A DNA stretch of 38,663 nucleotides from an uncultured Acidimicrobiaceae bacterium (GCA_964349215.1 CAYGGL010000002.1:1-38663); one strand, 5' to 3'. Positions 18,717 to 28,218 are shown, counted from the stretch's first letter. The notes: generated by a model not told the origin, from the sequence alone. A program made the numbers and translations.

Positions 18717-19333
18717 TTGCTTTTTTGCGTGGCGAGTTGGTTGAGTTCTCGATGACGGGTGAGATCTTGGTTGAGGTTGGGGGCGTGGGTTATCGAGTCC
18801 TGATTCCAACTAGTTCGCTTTCAGCGCTTCCTCCGATTGGTGGGTCATTGTTGGTCTACACCTACCAACATGTGAGAGAAGACGTGTTGGCGCTCTACGG
18901 CTTTTTGTCCCGCGACGAGCGGGTTTGTTTTGAAGCGCTGATTGCCGCACATGGGGTGGGTCCAGCGCTTTCGCTAGTCATATTGTCTTCGCTCTCTCCG
19001 AATGCATTGCGAAGTGCTCTCGCCAATGATGACGTCGACACTCTCTGTTTGGTGCCCGGCATTGGAAAGAAAACCGCAGCGCGTCTGCTCATAGAACTGA
19101 AAGAGCGTCTTGAGGTAATTGATCTGAATCGATTCGGGCCAATGCCTGACTCTGCTGATATTGGAGATTCTCAAAATGAACCCAATGCTGGCCGGAGTGA
19201 AGTTCGACAAGCTTTGGTAACTCTGGGTTATGGCCAAGACGAGATAAGAGAAGCAACCAGTGAATTGGCTGATGACGGCGATGTGTCAACGATGTTAAAG
19301 GTTGCACTTGGCCGACTGGCTCCGGCGCGATGA
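18713..19333 (+). CDS. ruvA: Holliday junction branch migration complex subunit RuvA
   Basis: MIAFLRGEL, GVGYRV, HhH motifs (GVGPALSL, VPGIGKKTAARL) and a C-terminal domain III. GTG start overlaps the ruvC stop. Confidence 0.95.
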   Translation: MIAFLRGELVEFSMTGEILVEVGGVGYRVLIPTSSLSALPPIGGSLLVYTYQHVREDVLALYGFLSRDERVCFEALIAAHGVGPALSLVILSSLSPNALRSALANDDVDTLCLVPGIGKKTAARLLIELKERLEVIDLNRFGPMPDSADIGDSQNEPNAGRSEVRQALVTLGYGQDEIREATSELADDGDVSTMLKVALGRLAPAR

Positions 19334-19368
19334 TCGAGACGCGATGATGGAGATGCGATGATAGAGAA
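19327..19368 (+). repeat. Three tandem imperfect 14-nt repeats spanning the ruvA stop and the ruvA-ruvB spacer
   Basis: gcgatgatcgagac / gcgatgatggagat / gcgatgatagagaa, read directly from the sequence. Confidence 0.9.
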
Positions 19369-19373
19369 CAGCC

Positions 19374-20396
19374 ATGCGTGAAGAATTGCTGGTTACCGAA
19401 ACCCTAAGTGTTGATGAAGAGGTTGCAGAGCTCAGCTTGCGCCCACGTTCTCTCGATGATTTTGTTGGCCAAGCTGGGCTTAAAGACCATCTCTCAATCA
19501 TCTTGGAAGCAGCCCGAGGGCGTGGACAAGCAGCAGACCATCTCTTGTTCGCCGGTCCACCAGGGTTAGGCAAGACCACACTTGCAGGCATCGTGGCAGC
19601 CGAGATGGGAGTGTCGCTGCGAATCACCTCTGGCCCGGCCCTTACTCGCCCCGGAGATCTTGCAGCAATGCTCAACAACCTCGATGAGGGCGATGTGTTA
19701 TTCATTGACGAAATACACCGGCTGGCTCGCACGATCGAAGAAGTGCTCTACCCCGCGATGGAAGATTTTCAGATCGATGTAGTAATCGGCCAAGGCCCTT
19801 CTGCAAGATCCATTCGTCTCGATCTGCCCAAGTTCACCCTGATCGGGGCGACGACTCGAACAGGTCTGATCACCGGCCCGCTGCGTGATCGCTTCGGGCT
19901 AGTCGAGCGCTTGGATCATTATCCGATTGAAGATCTTGAAATCATCGTTGCTCGGGCAGCGACGATATTGGGAGTAAAGCTTGCACCAGAAGGGGCACAT
20001 GAAATCGCGTCACGCTCTAGAGGAACACCTCGTATAGCTAACAGATTGTTGCGCCGGGTCCGTGATTTTGCCGAAGTCAGGGGCGACGGAACGGTGACCC
20101 ATGAAGCGGCCAAAGAAGGCTTGCTGCTCTTTGGTGTAGATGAGTTAGGCCTCGACAAAGTCGACCGTGCGATTCTCACATCACTATGCGGACATTTCGG
20201 CGGAGGCCCTGTCGGCCTCTCAACTTTGGCAATAAGTGTCGCCGAACAAACCGAAACGATTGAAGAGGTTTACGAACCCTTCCTCATCCAACAAGGAATG
20301 CTCATGCGCACCCCACGCGGGCGAGTAGCGATGCCTGCGGCTTACATGCACCTCGGCATGGCTGTACCAAACACAACCCCTGCGCTGTTCGAGTAG
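19374..20396 (+). CDS. ruvB: Holliday junction DNA helicase RuvB
   Basis: [12 protein letters not shown], Walker [10 protein letters not shown], Walker [10 protein letters not shown] and [16 protein letters not shown]. Confidence 0.97.
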   Translation: MREELLVTETLSVDEEVAELSLRPRSLDDFVGQAGLKDHLSIILEAARGRGQAADHLLFAGPPGLGKTTLAGIVAAEMGVSLRITSGPALTRPGDLAAMLNNLDEGDVLFIDEIHRLARTIEEVLYPAMEDFQIDVVIGQGPSARSIRLDLPKFTLIGATTRTGLITGPLRDRFGLVERLDHYPIEDLEIIVARAATILGVKLAPEGAHEIASRSRGTPRIANRLLRRVRDFAEVRGDGTVTHEAAKEGLLLFGVDELGLDKVDRAILTSLCGHFGGGPVGLSTLAISVAEQTETIEEVYEPFLIQQGMLMRTPRGRVAMPAAYMHLGMAVPNTTPALFE

Positions 20397-20414
20397 CGCT
20401 GTTTTAGTAGTTAA

Positions 20415-20918
20415 CTAACCGACTGGTTCGAGTTCGCCGGTTTCGACGTCGAAGATGAACCCGGCGAGTTGAAGGTCGTGGGGGAGAAGAGGCGATGTTG
20501 CCAGCAGGGCCAGGTCGTCACGTATGGCTTGTTTTTGATTACCCACAGGGTGCACGTCGAGTTCGGCTACCGCTGAGGCGTCGATGCCTTTTTCTATCAA
20601 GGTGGCCCGTACTGAGTCGTTTGTGATTCTTGCGGTTGCGCAGTCGGTATGGCCAATGACAGCGATGGCATTAACGCCGAGCAGTTGAACCGACAGAACG
20701 AGCGAACGAAGTGCATCTTCATTTACACGTGCGCCGGCGTTGCGCAAGATGTGGGCATCGCCTCTCTTGAGCCCGAACTGTGAGAGCGGATCGATGCGGG
20801 TATCCATACAGGTGACAATGGCAAGATGTCGAGCAGGCGTCCCTGAGATGTCAGCACCGTCAAATGATTGAGCGCGCTGCTTGTTTCTCGCGAGAAGATC
20901 TTCAAAAATGTTGGTCAT
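20415..20918 (-). CDS. Beta-class carbonic anhydrase (small Rv1284/CanA-like type)
   Basis: Zinc-ligand motifs CMDTR (CxDxR) and HTDC (HxxC). The C-terminal LAGFIFDVETGELEPV parallels recalled Rv1284. ATG overlaps the stop of the upstream gene (ATGA). Confidence 0.88.
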   Translation of the reverse strand: MTNIFEDLLARNKQRAQSFDGADISGTPARHLAIVTCMDTRIDPLSQFGLKRGDAHILRNAGARVNEDALRSLVLSVQLLGVNAIAVIGHTDCATARITNDSVRATLIEKGIDASAVAELDVHPVGNQKQAIRDDLALLATSPLLPHDLQLAGFIFDVETGELEPVG

Positions 20919-22408
20919 GCAACATTGTAGGTTGGGGCCCCTCCATTTGCCGCGGCGGCGATGGTCACCTTTTGGCCCACAAGAGATTTGTTCGACAAAG
21001 AAGCGGGCAGTGATGGGTCGCCGGCTACGGCAACTGCTCGACGTCCATCAGGGAAGCGGGCAAAAATCGGTGCAGCTGTTGGACCTTGTGTCCGATCGTG
21101 CAGCACTGTCATTGCCTCGACCTCTGCTATTCCACTGACATCGCTTACAACCTCTATTGCCGTGGCATCAATGCGAGCCTGGTCCTTTGTCATGTCGGGA
21201 TGTTGCCATCCATTTGCCGGCGGTGTTGCCGAATAGAGACCAACAGCATGTTTGGTCACATACCAACCAAGTCCGGTTACAAGGCCGATATTGGAAGGAG
21301 TTTGGCGACAGAGATCAACAGTTGTGGCAATCGAATGGCCGACATAGTTATTGCCTGGGCCGCCGAAGTAAGGCAGACCACCAGTGACTGTCAAGCCACG
21401 GGGGTCGAGATAGTCCAGTCCTAAAGCGTCAGCTGACATTTCGACCGCACAGGGGAAACATGAATACAAGTCAATTGTGTCGACGTCATCGATACCCACC
21501 CCGGCTGCAGCGAACACGGCAGCTCCGGCTGCAGCAATTGCCGGTGAACGAGAGACATCAGGTCGCTCGGCCGGCAAGAAGACGTCATTGCAATCAGCAG
21601 AAGACCACGGGAAAACCCAACGATCACGTCCTATCCCTGCCGCTTCTGCAGCTCCCGCAGAAGCAACAAGAATGGCGGCTCCTTGATCTACTTCGATGAT
21701 GCTGTTCAACAACTTGGTATAAGGCTCGCCCACGAGACGATTGTCGGCGGTCACTGTCGAAAGCTCTTCAGGGCTACGAGCGGTAGGGAACCAGGAAAGG
21801 TCAGGATGCGTGGCCGCGACTTTGGTGAACGGCGCCATCATCTGGCCTAACCAGATCCGTTGTTCGACAGGCGAACGACCCGCTCGTGCAGCCAAGGCAC
21901 TTTCAAACAATGGATACTCCATGACAGGAGCAAAAAGTCCGGCTGCCATTTCGGCCGGACCCACCCCGTTGCGTTCGGTGCCAAGGGGTTCATCTGGAGA
22001 GAGACCTTCTACGCCCGTCGCATCGAGGTCAACTCCGAGCTTACGAGCACGCCGCCCTGAGCCGCCAGCTTCTGCTCCGACAATTAGTACTGCCTCGACA
22101 GTTCCGGCTGCTATTGCGTCACAGGCTTTGGCCACCAAGTACTGAGGGGTGTTGCCTCCAATTGTTGTATAGCGTCTGGCACCGTTGGCCAAGCCCAATC
22201 TCGATGCCAGCGAACCTGCTGCTGTTGTGTAGCGATGCGACAAGACATTGACCACATCAACTGAACCGATGCTTGACGCAATCTTTGAGCCGGCATCATC
22301 AATAGCGATGCGAGCAGCTTGTTCCATCAGATGCAGCGGCTCGACAAGATGGTCACTGTTGTTGGTTACTTGGCCAACGCCAACAATTACGGGGGTACGG
22401 GAATCCAT
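20915..22408 (-). CDS. Thiolase-fold protein (Rv1867-like 'acetyl-CoA acetyltransferase') with a C-terminal OB-fold-like extension; nucleophilic Cys apparently absent
   Basis: VIVGVGQ N-terminus, YSCFP and GGPGNNYVGHS thiolase C-terminal motifs. ATG 22408 has AGGAGA upstream. The ORF-track start 22462 would overlap the upstream gene. Confidence 0.75.
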   Translation of the reverse strand: MDSRTPVIVGVGQVTNNSDHLVEPLHLMEQAARIAIDDAGSKIASSIGSVDVVNVLSHRYTTAAGSLASRLGLANGARRYTTIGGNTPQYLVAKACDAIAAGTVEAVLIVGAEAGGSGRRARKLGVDLDATGVEGLSPDEPLGTERNGVGPAEMAAGLFAPVMEYPLFESALAARAGRSPVEQRIWLGQMMAPFTKVAATHPDLSWFPTARSPEELSTVTADNRLVGEPYTKLLNSIIEVDQGAAILVASAGAAEAAGIGRDRWVFPWSSADCNDVFLPAERPDVSRSPAIAAAGAAVFAAAGVGIDDVDTIDLYSCFPCAVEMSADALGLDYLDPRGLTVTGGLPYFGGPGNNYVGHSIATTVDLCRQTPSNIGLVTGLGWYVTKHAVGLYSATPPANGWQHPDMTKDQARIDATAIEVVSDVSGIAEVEAMTVLHDRTQGPTAAPIFARFPDGRRAVAVAGDPSLPASLSNKSLVGQKVTIAAAANGGAPTYNVA

Positions 22409-22434
22409 CTTTTTTCTCCTGAAGGGTAAGTGAC

Positions 22435-24012
22435 TCAGATCATGCGGGCTTCGCGCTGCCAATATTTATCTCGCAACAAACGCTTGTAGAGCTTTCCGGT
22501 TGGATGACGAGGCAGTTCGTCTTCGAAGTCAACCGAACGAGGACACTTGTAATGAGCAATGTTTGATCGACAGTGTTCGATCAACTCAGCCGCAAGTTCT
22601 GGCGAAGGCTTGAACCCGGGCAACAGTTCGACCGCAGCCTTTACCTCTTCGCCCCACTCATCATTTGGAATACCGAACACGGCAACATCGGCAACTGCAG
22701 GATGAGTCGAAAGTGCCTGTTCGATCTCGGCAGGGTAGATATTGACTCCACCCGAAATGATCAGGTCTTTCTTGCGGTCGGTGAGCCACACGTAGCCCTC
22801 ATCATCGACGCGCCCAACATCTCCAAGAGTAAATACCCCAGGTTCGAGATGAGCTTCCTTCGTCTTGACCTCATCCTTGTAGTACTCAAAGGTATTGGGG
22901 CTCATCTTTGATCGGAAATAAACAGTGCCGGTTTCACCAACGGGCATCAGCTCGCCGTCATCATTTCTGATCTCGATGTCAAACATCACCGAGGGTTTTC
23001 CGACAGAACCCTTGTGCTGTAGCCACTCTTCGGCCGTAATAGTGGTGATTCCCCCCTCGGTGGCGCCGTAGTACTCATTGATTACAGGGCCCCACCATTC
23101 AATCATCTGCTCTTTCGCCCACATGGGACAAGGAGCCGCACCGTGGATTACAGCCTGTAGATGTGATGGGTCAAAAGCGGCCTTTACATCATCTGGCAGA
23201 CGTAAGAGGCGCACGAACATCGTGGGGACGAGGTGAGTGTTGGTGATCTTCCATTTCGTCATTAACTCAAGAGTTGCTTCGGGCGTCCATTTGTCCATCA
23301 TGATCAAGGTGTTCCCTTGATTGAATGCCATAGAACTAAAGCCAAGCGGAGCAGCATGATAGAGAGGCCCGGTCAACAGGTGTGCTCCACCAGGTTGAAC
23401 TCCGAGAGGTTGACCCATCATTGCGAGCATCGAAATAAGGCCCTCAACCGTTGATCCAGGAGGCGACATTGCACGCTTCACTCCTTTGGGGCGCCCAGTT
23501 GTGCCAGAGGTATAGAGCATGAAGCCCCCTGGTTCGCCATCGAGTGGAAGTCGCTCGCTAGAGGCGCTTGCTATTGCAGGTTCGTAAGGCTGGAATGGCC
23601 CACGATCTTTTTCGCCGGTCACTAGCTTTAGCTTGAGAGCTGGAATCTTGGCGCAATATTCGCCGGCTTCGAGGAAGGCTTCATCGACAATTAGAGCTTT
23701 CGCATCGCAGTTTTCGACAACATACGAAGCTTCCTCGCCAGTGAAGTGCCAGTTGACCGGTGTCATCTGTATGCCAAGTTTGATGGAAGCCCCAAGCACT
23801 TCGCTGAATTCGCTTCTGTTACCCATGAGCATGGCGATGTGGTCGCCTCGGTTGATCCCGGCTTCCATGAGCACGTGTGCGAACCGATTTACTCGTTCAT
23901 CAAACTGAGCCCAAGTCAATTGATGACGACTGTCAACCACGGCCAGGCCGTCCGGTTGCTCGATGGCGAAATTAAAGAAACCTGCAGTCACGATACCCCC
24001 CGTAATTGACAT
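22435..24012 (-). CDS. Acyl-CoA synthetase (AMP-binding family, medium/long-chain type)
   Basis: YTSGTTGRPKGV, YGATEG, GDVGRVDDEGYVWLTDRKKDLIISGGVNIYPAEIE and a C-terminal PTGK. Confidence 0.9.
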   Translation of the reverse strand: MSITGGIVTAGFFNFAIEQPDGLAVVDSRHQLTWAQFDERVNRFAHVLMEAGINRGDHIAMLMGNRSEFSEVLGASIKLGIQMTPVNWHFTGEEASYVVENCDAKALIVDEAFLEAGEYCAKIPALKLKLVTGEKDRGPFQPYEPAIASASSERLPLDGEPGGFMLYTSGTTGRPKGVKRAMSPPGSTVEGLISMLAMMGQPLGVQPGGAHLLTGPLYHAAPLGFSSMAFNQGNTLIMMDKWTPEATLELMTKWKITNTHLVPTMFVRLLRLPDDVKAAFDPSHLQAVIHGAAPCPMWAKEQMIEWWGPVINEYYGATEGGITTITAEEWLQHKGSVGKPSVMFDIEIRNDDGELMPVGETGTVYFRSKMSPNTFEYYKDEVKTKEAHLEPGVFTLGDVGRVDDEGYVWLTDRKKDLIISGGVNIYPAEIEQALSTHPAVADVAVFGIPNDEWGEEVKAAVELLPGFKPSPELAAELIEHCRSNIAHYKCPRSVDFEDELPRHPTGKLYKRLLRDKYWQREARMI

Positions 24013-24124
24013 TTATATTTCCATTTGGAGCGTAGCGCGACGAGACACCTCGCGTCTCATGTTGCACGATTGCGCTCACTCGGGTGAGAATGAGCGAAGC
24101 ATTGATCGACAGGGAGGGAGTTTC

Positions 24125-25417
24125 ATGCCCGAGGTAGAGATAGTTGAAGACGAAGCAACAGCCAAGATTCGCGCCGAAGCAGGTGCTTGGTTCGATGAGA
24201 ACTGGGATCCAGAACTAACCCTAGGTGAGTGGTGGGAGCGTTTGGCTGAATCTGGCTGGGGTCTTCCAACTTGGTCAGAAGACTGGTTTGGCAAGGGTTT
24301 GAACTCTGATCAGGCTGCAGCTGTAGCTCAAGAGCGCAAGCGGGTTGGCGCCTATGGCCCACCGAGTGGAATTGGCATCATGATGGCCGGTCCGACGATC
24401 ATCAACCACGCTACCGATGAGCAAAAGAAGCGCTTTTTGCCAAACATGGTCAACGGTAAAGAAGTGTGGTGTCAGTTGTTCTCAGAGCCTGGTTCGGGTT
24501 CTGACCTTGCCAGCCTTTCAACTCGTGCAGTTCGTGACGGTGACGAGTGGATAGTAAATGGCCAAAAGGTTTGGACCTCTGGTGCTCAATTCTCCAAGTG
24601 GGGCATTCTCATTGCCCGCACAAATGTTGACGTTCCAAAACACAAGGGCGTCACATACTTTGTTATTGACATGGATCAACCTGGTATTGAGGTTCGACCT
24701 CTCAAGGAAATGACCGGCGGCGCCACGTTCAATGAGGTTTTCTTCACCGATGCCCGTGTACCTCACGCCAATATGATCGGTGACGAGGGCGAAGGTTGGG
24801 GAGTGGCGGTGACTACTCTTGCCCACGAGCGCAACTCATTGGGTGCCGGTTCTATGGGCGGCATGGGTGGCGGTGAGGTTATCGGCCTTCCTGATCTCTC
24901 CAAGAAGATGAGCGACATCATGAAGGGCGGCGGCGGTGGAGAAATGGCAGGCATGGCCGCAGCCTTCGGTGGCGGTGGTGCATCAATGATCAAGATGTTG
25001 CCTGCGATGTTCAACAAGCAAAAAGATCCACTCGTTCGCCAAGACATCATCAAGCTCTACACGATGATGGAAATAGCTCGATACACAGGTCTTCGCTCAC
25101 AGGCAGCAGCAGCTCGTGGTCAGCGTCCTGGTCCTGAAGTTTCCACCGGAAAACTCATGGCTTCAAACATGGTTCGTCATATGCGTGATGTCGGGCTCCG
25201 CATTGAAGGTGCACAGGGCATGTTGCACGGTAAGGACGCACCTCTTAACGGAATGATGCAGTTCCTGGCATTGTTCTGCCCGGCAATTGCTATTGCCGGT
25301 GGCACCGACCAAGTGCAGCGTAATATTATCGGTGAGCGGGTTCTCGGGTTACCTTCCGAGCCTCGCGTTGACAAGGAACTTCCCTTCAAGGACTTGAAGG
25401 TCGGAACCCAGCGCTGA
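24125..25417 (+). CDS. Acyl-CoA dehydrogenase family protein with an internal Gly/Met-rich insertion
   Basis: ACAD motifs: LFSEPGSGSDLASL, WIVNGQKVWTSGA, TLAHER and GGTDQVQRNIIGERVLGLP. ATG 24125 has GGGAGGGAG upstream. The ORF-track start 23963 overlaps the divergent gene. Confidence 0.88.
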   Translation: MPEVEIVEDEATAKIRAEAGAWFDENWDPELTLGEWWERLAESGWGLPTWSEDWFGKGLNSDQAAAVAQERKRVGAYGPPSGIGIMMAGPTIINHATDEQKKRFLPNMVNGKEVWCQLFSEPGSGSDLASLSTRAVRDGDEWIVNGQKVWTSGAQFSKWGILIARTNVDVPKHKGVTYFVIDMDQPGIEVRPLKEMTGGATFNEVFFTDARVPHANMIGDEGEGWGVAVTTLAHERNSLGAGSMGGMGGGEVIGLPDLSKKMSDIMKGGGGGEMAGMAAAFGGGGASMIKMLPAMFNKQKDPLVRQDIIKLYTMMEIARYTGLRSQAAAARGQRPGPEVSTGKLMASNMVRHMRDVGLRIEGAQGMLHGKDAPLNGMMQFLALFCPAIAIAGGTDQVQRNIIGERVLGLPSEPRVDKELPFKDLKVGTQR

Positions 25418-25440
25418 CCCAGCCTTTAAGGGATTCAAAG

Positions 25441-25474
25441 AAAAAGGCCTTGAGAAAATCTCAAGGCCTTTTTC
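25441..25474. terminator. Rho-independent terminator; perfect 14-bp stem flanked by A- and T-tracts (bidirectional form)
   Basis: aaaaaggccttgag-aaaat-ctcaaggccttttt, 24 nt after the ACAD stop. Confidence 0.9.
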
Positions 25475-25482
25475 GCGCATTT

Positions 25483-25516
25483 GATCTTGTAATGAGATCG
25501 ATCTTCCAATGAGATC
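25483..25516 (+). promoter_or_regulatory. Two tandem 17-nt repeats, each internally palindromic, upstream of purK; candidate operator
   Basis: gatcttgtaatgagatc then gatcttccaatgagatc (2 mismatches). Each has GATCT...AGATC arms. Lies 37 nt upstream of the purK ORF start. Confidence 0.4.
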
Positions 25517-25552
25517 ACCTGGATATGTTCGTGGCCCAACTACGATCGAGAC

Positions 25553-26734
25553 GTGAGTTCAATGGGTTCTATGCCAGAAAATATGCGCATTGGGATTATC
25601 GGTGCCGGTCAGTTAGCCAGGATGACATATCAGGCAGGCATTGCCCTGGGTCTGACAGTTCGTTTGTTGGCTGATACGCCAGAAGATGCCGCCGCGCTTA
25701 TTGGCGCTGATGTTGAAACCGGTTCGCCTAAGTCTCAAGACGCTCTGCTGAGCTTCGCCGAGTCTTGTGATGTCATTACCTTTGAACATGAACTGATAAA
25801 TCCAGACGACCTTGATGAGCTTGAAAAATCAGGTCACTTACTTCGACCCTCTGCCTCGGTTGCAAGAACAGTGTTCGACAAACGTCTCCAGCGCGAGATC
25901 ATGGTGCGAGAGGGTCTCCCAGTTCCCGCTTATACCGAAGATGCCAAAAGTGCCGATGACATTATTGGATATGCATCGGATCATGGGTGGCCGGTGGTAG
26001 TAAAGAGGGCAACGGGCGGCTATGACGGTCGCGGAGTTTGGGTGTTGAAGGATGAAACCGAAGCCAGAGAATTAGAAGACGAACTGCACGAAGTCCCATT
26101 CTTGATCGAAGATTGGGTTGCAATCGAGCGCGAGTTGGCTGTGCAGGTAGTACGCAGTCCCTCGGGCGAATGTGTCACATACCCCGTTGTTGAGACAGTT
26201 CAACGCGACGGTGTCTGTCATGAGGTGTTAGCTCCGGCACACATTAATAACGCCACTGACTCCCAAGCGAGAAATATCGCTCGTCAATTGGCCAATGCTT
26301 TGGGTCTTGTCGGTGTCATGGCCGTTGAGTTGTTTATGACAAAAGATGGTCTCTTGATAAATGAGCTTGCAGTACGGCCTCATAACTCTGGTCACCATAC
26401 AATTGAAGGTTGTGTGACTTCTCAGTTCGAAAACCATCTAAGGGCGGTTCTCGATTTGCCACTTGGCGAGGTTGGCCTAACCGGTCCGGCCGTGGCGATG
26501 GCCAATGTGTTCGGCGCACCTGACGGGTTTGATCTCATGGCAGGTCTGAGGGTGGCCCTTGGAATTCCCGGGACCCATGTTCACATTTATGCAAAGGAGA
26601 CGAGACCCGGACGAAAGTTGGGCCACGTCACGGTAGTGGCAAGTGATCTTGAACTTGCTCGCTCCAGGGCGGTAAAAGCCGCCGCAGCCCTTATGGGCAA
26701 GGAATTAAGCAATGGACATAAGGAGTCAAAATGA
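25553..26734 (+). CDS. purK: N5-carboxyaminoimidazole ribonucleotide synthase PurK
   Basis: [13 protein letters not shown]-terminus, ATP-grasp core ([33 protein letters not shown]) and C-terminal RKLGHVT. Start may be GTG 25553 or a nearby ATG. Confidence 0.93.
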   Translation: MSSMGSMPENMRIGIIGAGQLARMTYQAGIALGLTVRLLADTPEDAAALIGADVETGSPKSQDALLSFAESCDVITFEHELINPDDLDELEKSGHLLRPSASVARTVFDKRLQREIMVREGLPVPAYTEDAKSADDIIGYASDHGWPVVVKRATGGYDGRGVWVLKDETEARELEDELHEVPFLIEDWVAIERELAVQVVRSPSGECVTYPVVETVQRDGVCHEVLAPAHINNATDSQARNIARQLANALGLVGVMAVELFMTKDGLLINELAVRPHNSGHHTIEGCVTSQFENHLRAVLDLPLGEVGLTGPAVAMANVFGAPDGFDLMAGLRVALGIPGTHVHIYAKETRPGRKLGHVTVVASDLELARSRAVKAAAALMGKELSNGHKESK

Positions 26735-27246
26735 TGCGACGAAATCGTTCAGATCACGAGGCTATTCCATTGGTGGGCGTGGTTATGGGCTCGGCCTCTG
26801 ACCTGGCGATCATGCAACCGGCAGCTGACCTGTTGGAGGCATTTGAGGTTGAGCATGAGGTCAAGGTGGTGTCAGCTCATCGCACCCCTCTGGACATGAT
26901 CAACTATGCACAAACTGCAGCAGAACGAGGACTTAAGGTAATCATCGCCGGCGCTGGGGGTGCAGCTCATCTTCCTGGAATGCTGGCGTCGGTGACACAT
27001 CTTCCCGTGATTGGCGTTCCTGTGCCATTGGTTTATTTTGATGGTCTCGACTCACTGCTATCGATTGTGCAGATGCCGGCCGGCGTTCCGGTGGCAACTG
27101 TCGGAGTTGGTAATTCTCGCAATGCTGCTTTGATGGCTATTCGCATTCTTGCTACTTGCGACCCTGGGCTAGTTGATGGATTGGTGCTCTACCGCGAAGA
27201 AGCAGCTATTCAATCACGGACTCAACTGACCACTCGTACCCGTTGA
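26731..27246 (+). CDS. purE: N5-CAIR mutase PurE (class I)
   Basis: [17 protein letters not shown] and [10 protein letters not shown]...VIGVPV. ATGA overlap with purK. Confidence 0.96.
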   Translation: MMRRNRSDHEAIPLVGVVMGSASDLAIMQPAADLLEAFEVEHEVKVVSAHRTPLDMINYAQTAAERGLKVIIAGAGGAAHLPGMLASVTHLPVIGVPVPLVYFDGLDSLLSIVQMPAGVPVATVGVGNSRNAALMAIRILATCDPGLVDGLVLYREEAAIQSRTQLTTRTR

Positions 27247-28214
27247 ATTTTGACACGTTGAATGCGGTAGCGATCCTTCGCAGGGGAGGATTGGTGGCAT
27301 TCCCGACCGAAACGGTTTATGGGCTGGGCGCCGATGCAAGAAATGATGAGGCTGTTCTTAAGGTCTATTTGGTAAAGGGTCGCCCTCTTGATCATCCGCT
27401 GATTGTTCACATCGGCAGCGGTGATTTCCTTGACGACTGGGCCATAAATATTCCAGATGACGCTCGCCTATTAGCCGATGCTTGTTGGCCCGGTCCCTTG
27501 ACGATGGTGTTGTGGCGACATCCATCTGTATCAGATGTAGTAACCGCTGGCCATGAAACGGTTGCTCTACGGGCTCCAGCGCATCCCTTGGCGCTGGAGC
27601 TTTTGGAAGCCTTCGGTAGTGGCCTGGCAGCACCTTCGGCAAACCGTTTCGGTCGCGTCAGTCCTACTACGGCCGCTCATGTCGCCGCTGATCTCGGCGA
27701 TGAAGTCGAGCTGATATTAGACGGCGGCTCTTGTGAAGTTGGAGTGGAATCGACCATTATCGAACTCACGGGGGACACCCCGATGATTTTGCGTCCAGGT
27801 GGCGTATCGATTGAGACCATTGAGACCATACTGGGAAAGAAGGTTTTGGGGAAGGCAACCGGGCCATCTCGTGCACCGGGCATGTTGGAAACTCATTACA
27901 CTCCAAGTGCTCGAGTTGAAGTAATTGAAGAAACTGACCTGCAGTTCCGTTCGGCCATTTTGTTGGCGGAGGGCAAGCGGGTGGGTGTGCTCGTTTCAAA
28001 ATTTCCCCAAGGCGTTGACTCAGGGGTATTAGTACTCCTGGCCGGCGAAGACGCCACTGCTTACGCCCGAGGTCTTTACGCCTCCCTCAGAGAGGCCGAC
28101 TCGAACAAGGTTGACGTGTTGTTGGCTGTTGCTCCCGTCGCAAACGCAAAAGGAACCGATGAAGGCCTGGCCCTGGCAGTACGTGACCGCCTCGACCGAG
28201 CTGCCACTAAATAG
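27243..28214 (+). CDS. tsaC: L-threonylcarbamoyladenylate synthase (Sua5/YwlC/TsaC with Sua5 C-terminal domain)
   Basis: [41 protein letters not shown] and ESTII.L. The extra ~120 aa C-terminal domain is typical of the long Sua5 form. TTG start overlaps the purE stop. Confidence 0.92.
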   Translation: MNFDTLNAVAILRRGGLVAFPTETVYGLGADARNDEAVLKVYLVKGRPLDHPLIVHIGSGDFLDDWAINIPDDARLLADACWPGPLTMVLWRHPSVSDVVTAGHETVALRAPAHPLALELLEAFGSGLAAPSANRFGRVSPTTAAHVAADLGDEVELILDGGSCEVGVESTIIELTGDTPMILRPGGVSIETIETILGKKVLGKATGPSRAPGMLETHYTPSARVEVIEETDLQFRSAILLAEGKRVGVLVSKFPQGVDSGVLVLLAGEDATAYARGLYASLREADSNKVDVLLAVAPVANAKGTDEGLALAVRDRLDRAATK

Positions 28215-28218
28215 AAAA

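Noticed and set aside
20408-20417. The AT-only palindrome tagttaacta in the 18-nt gap between convergent ruvB and the carbonic anhydrase gene as a terminator
   Set aside because: It is too short and too AT-rich to form a stable hairpin. I could not find a convincing terminator between these convergent genes.
22409-22462. A longer thiolase-like ORF starting at 22462
   Set aside because: It would overlap the 3' end of the upstream ligase gene. ATG 22408 has AGGAGA upstream and is followed at once by the conserved VIVGVGQ motif.
23963-24124. A longer ACAD ORF starting at 23963
   Set aside because: It would overlap the divergent acyl-CoA ligase start. The extra 54 aa have no ACAD similarity. 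ATG 24125 has a GGGAGGGAG RBS and begins the conserved N-terminus.
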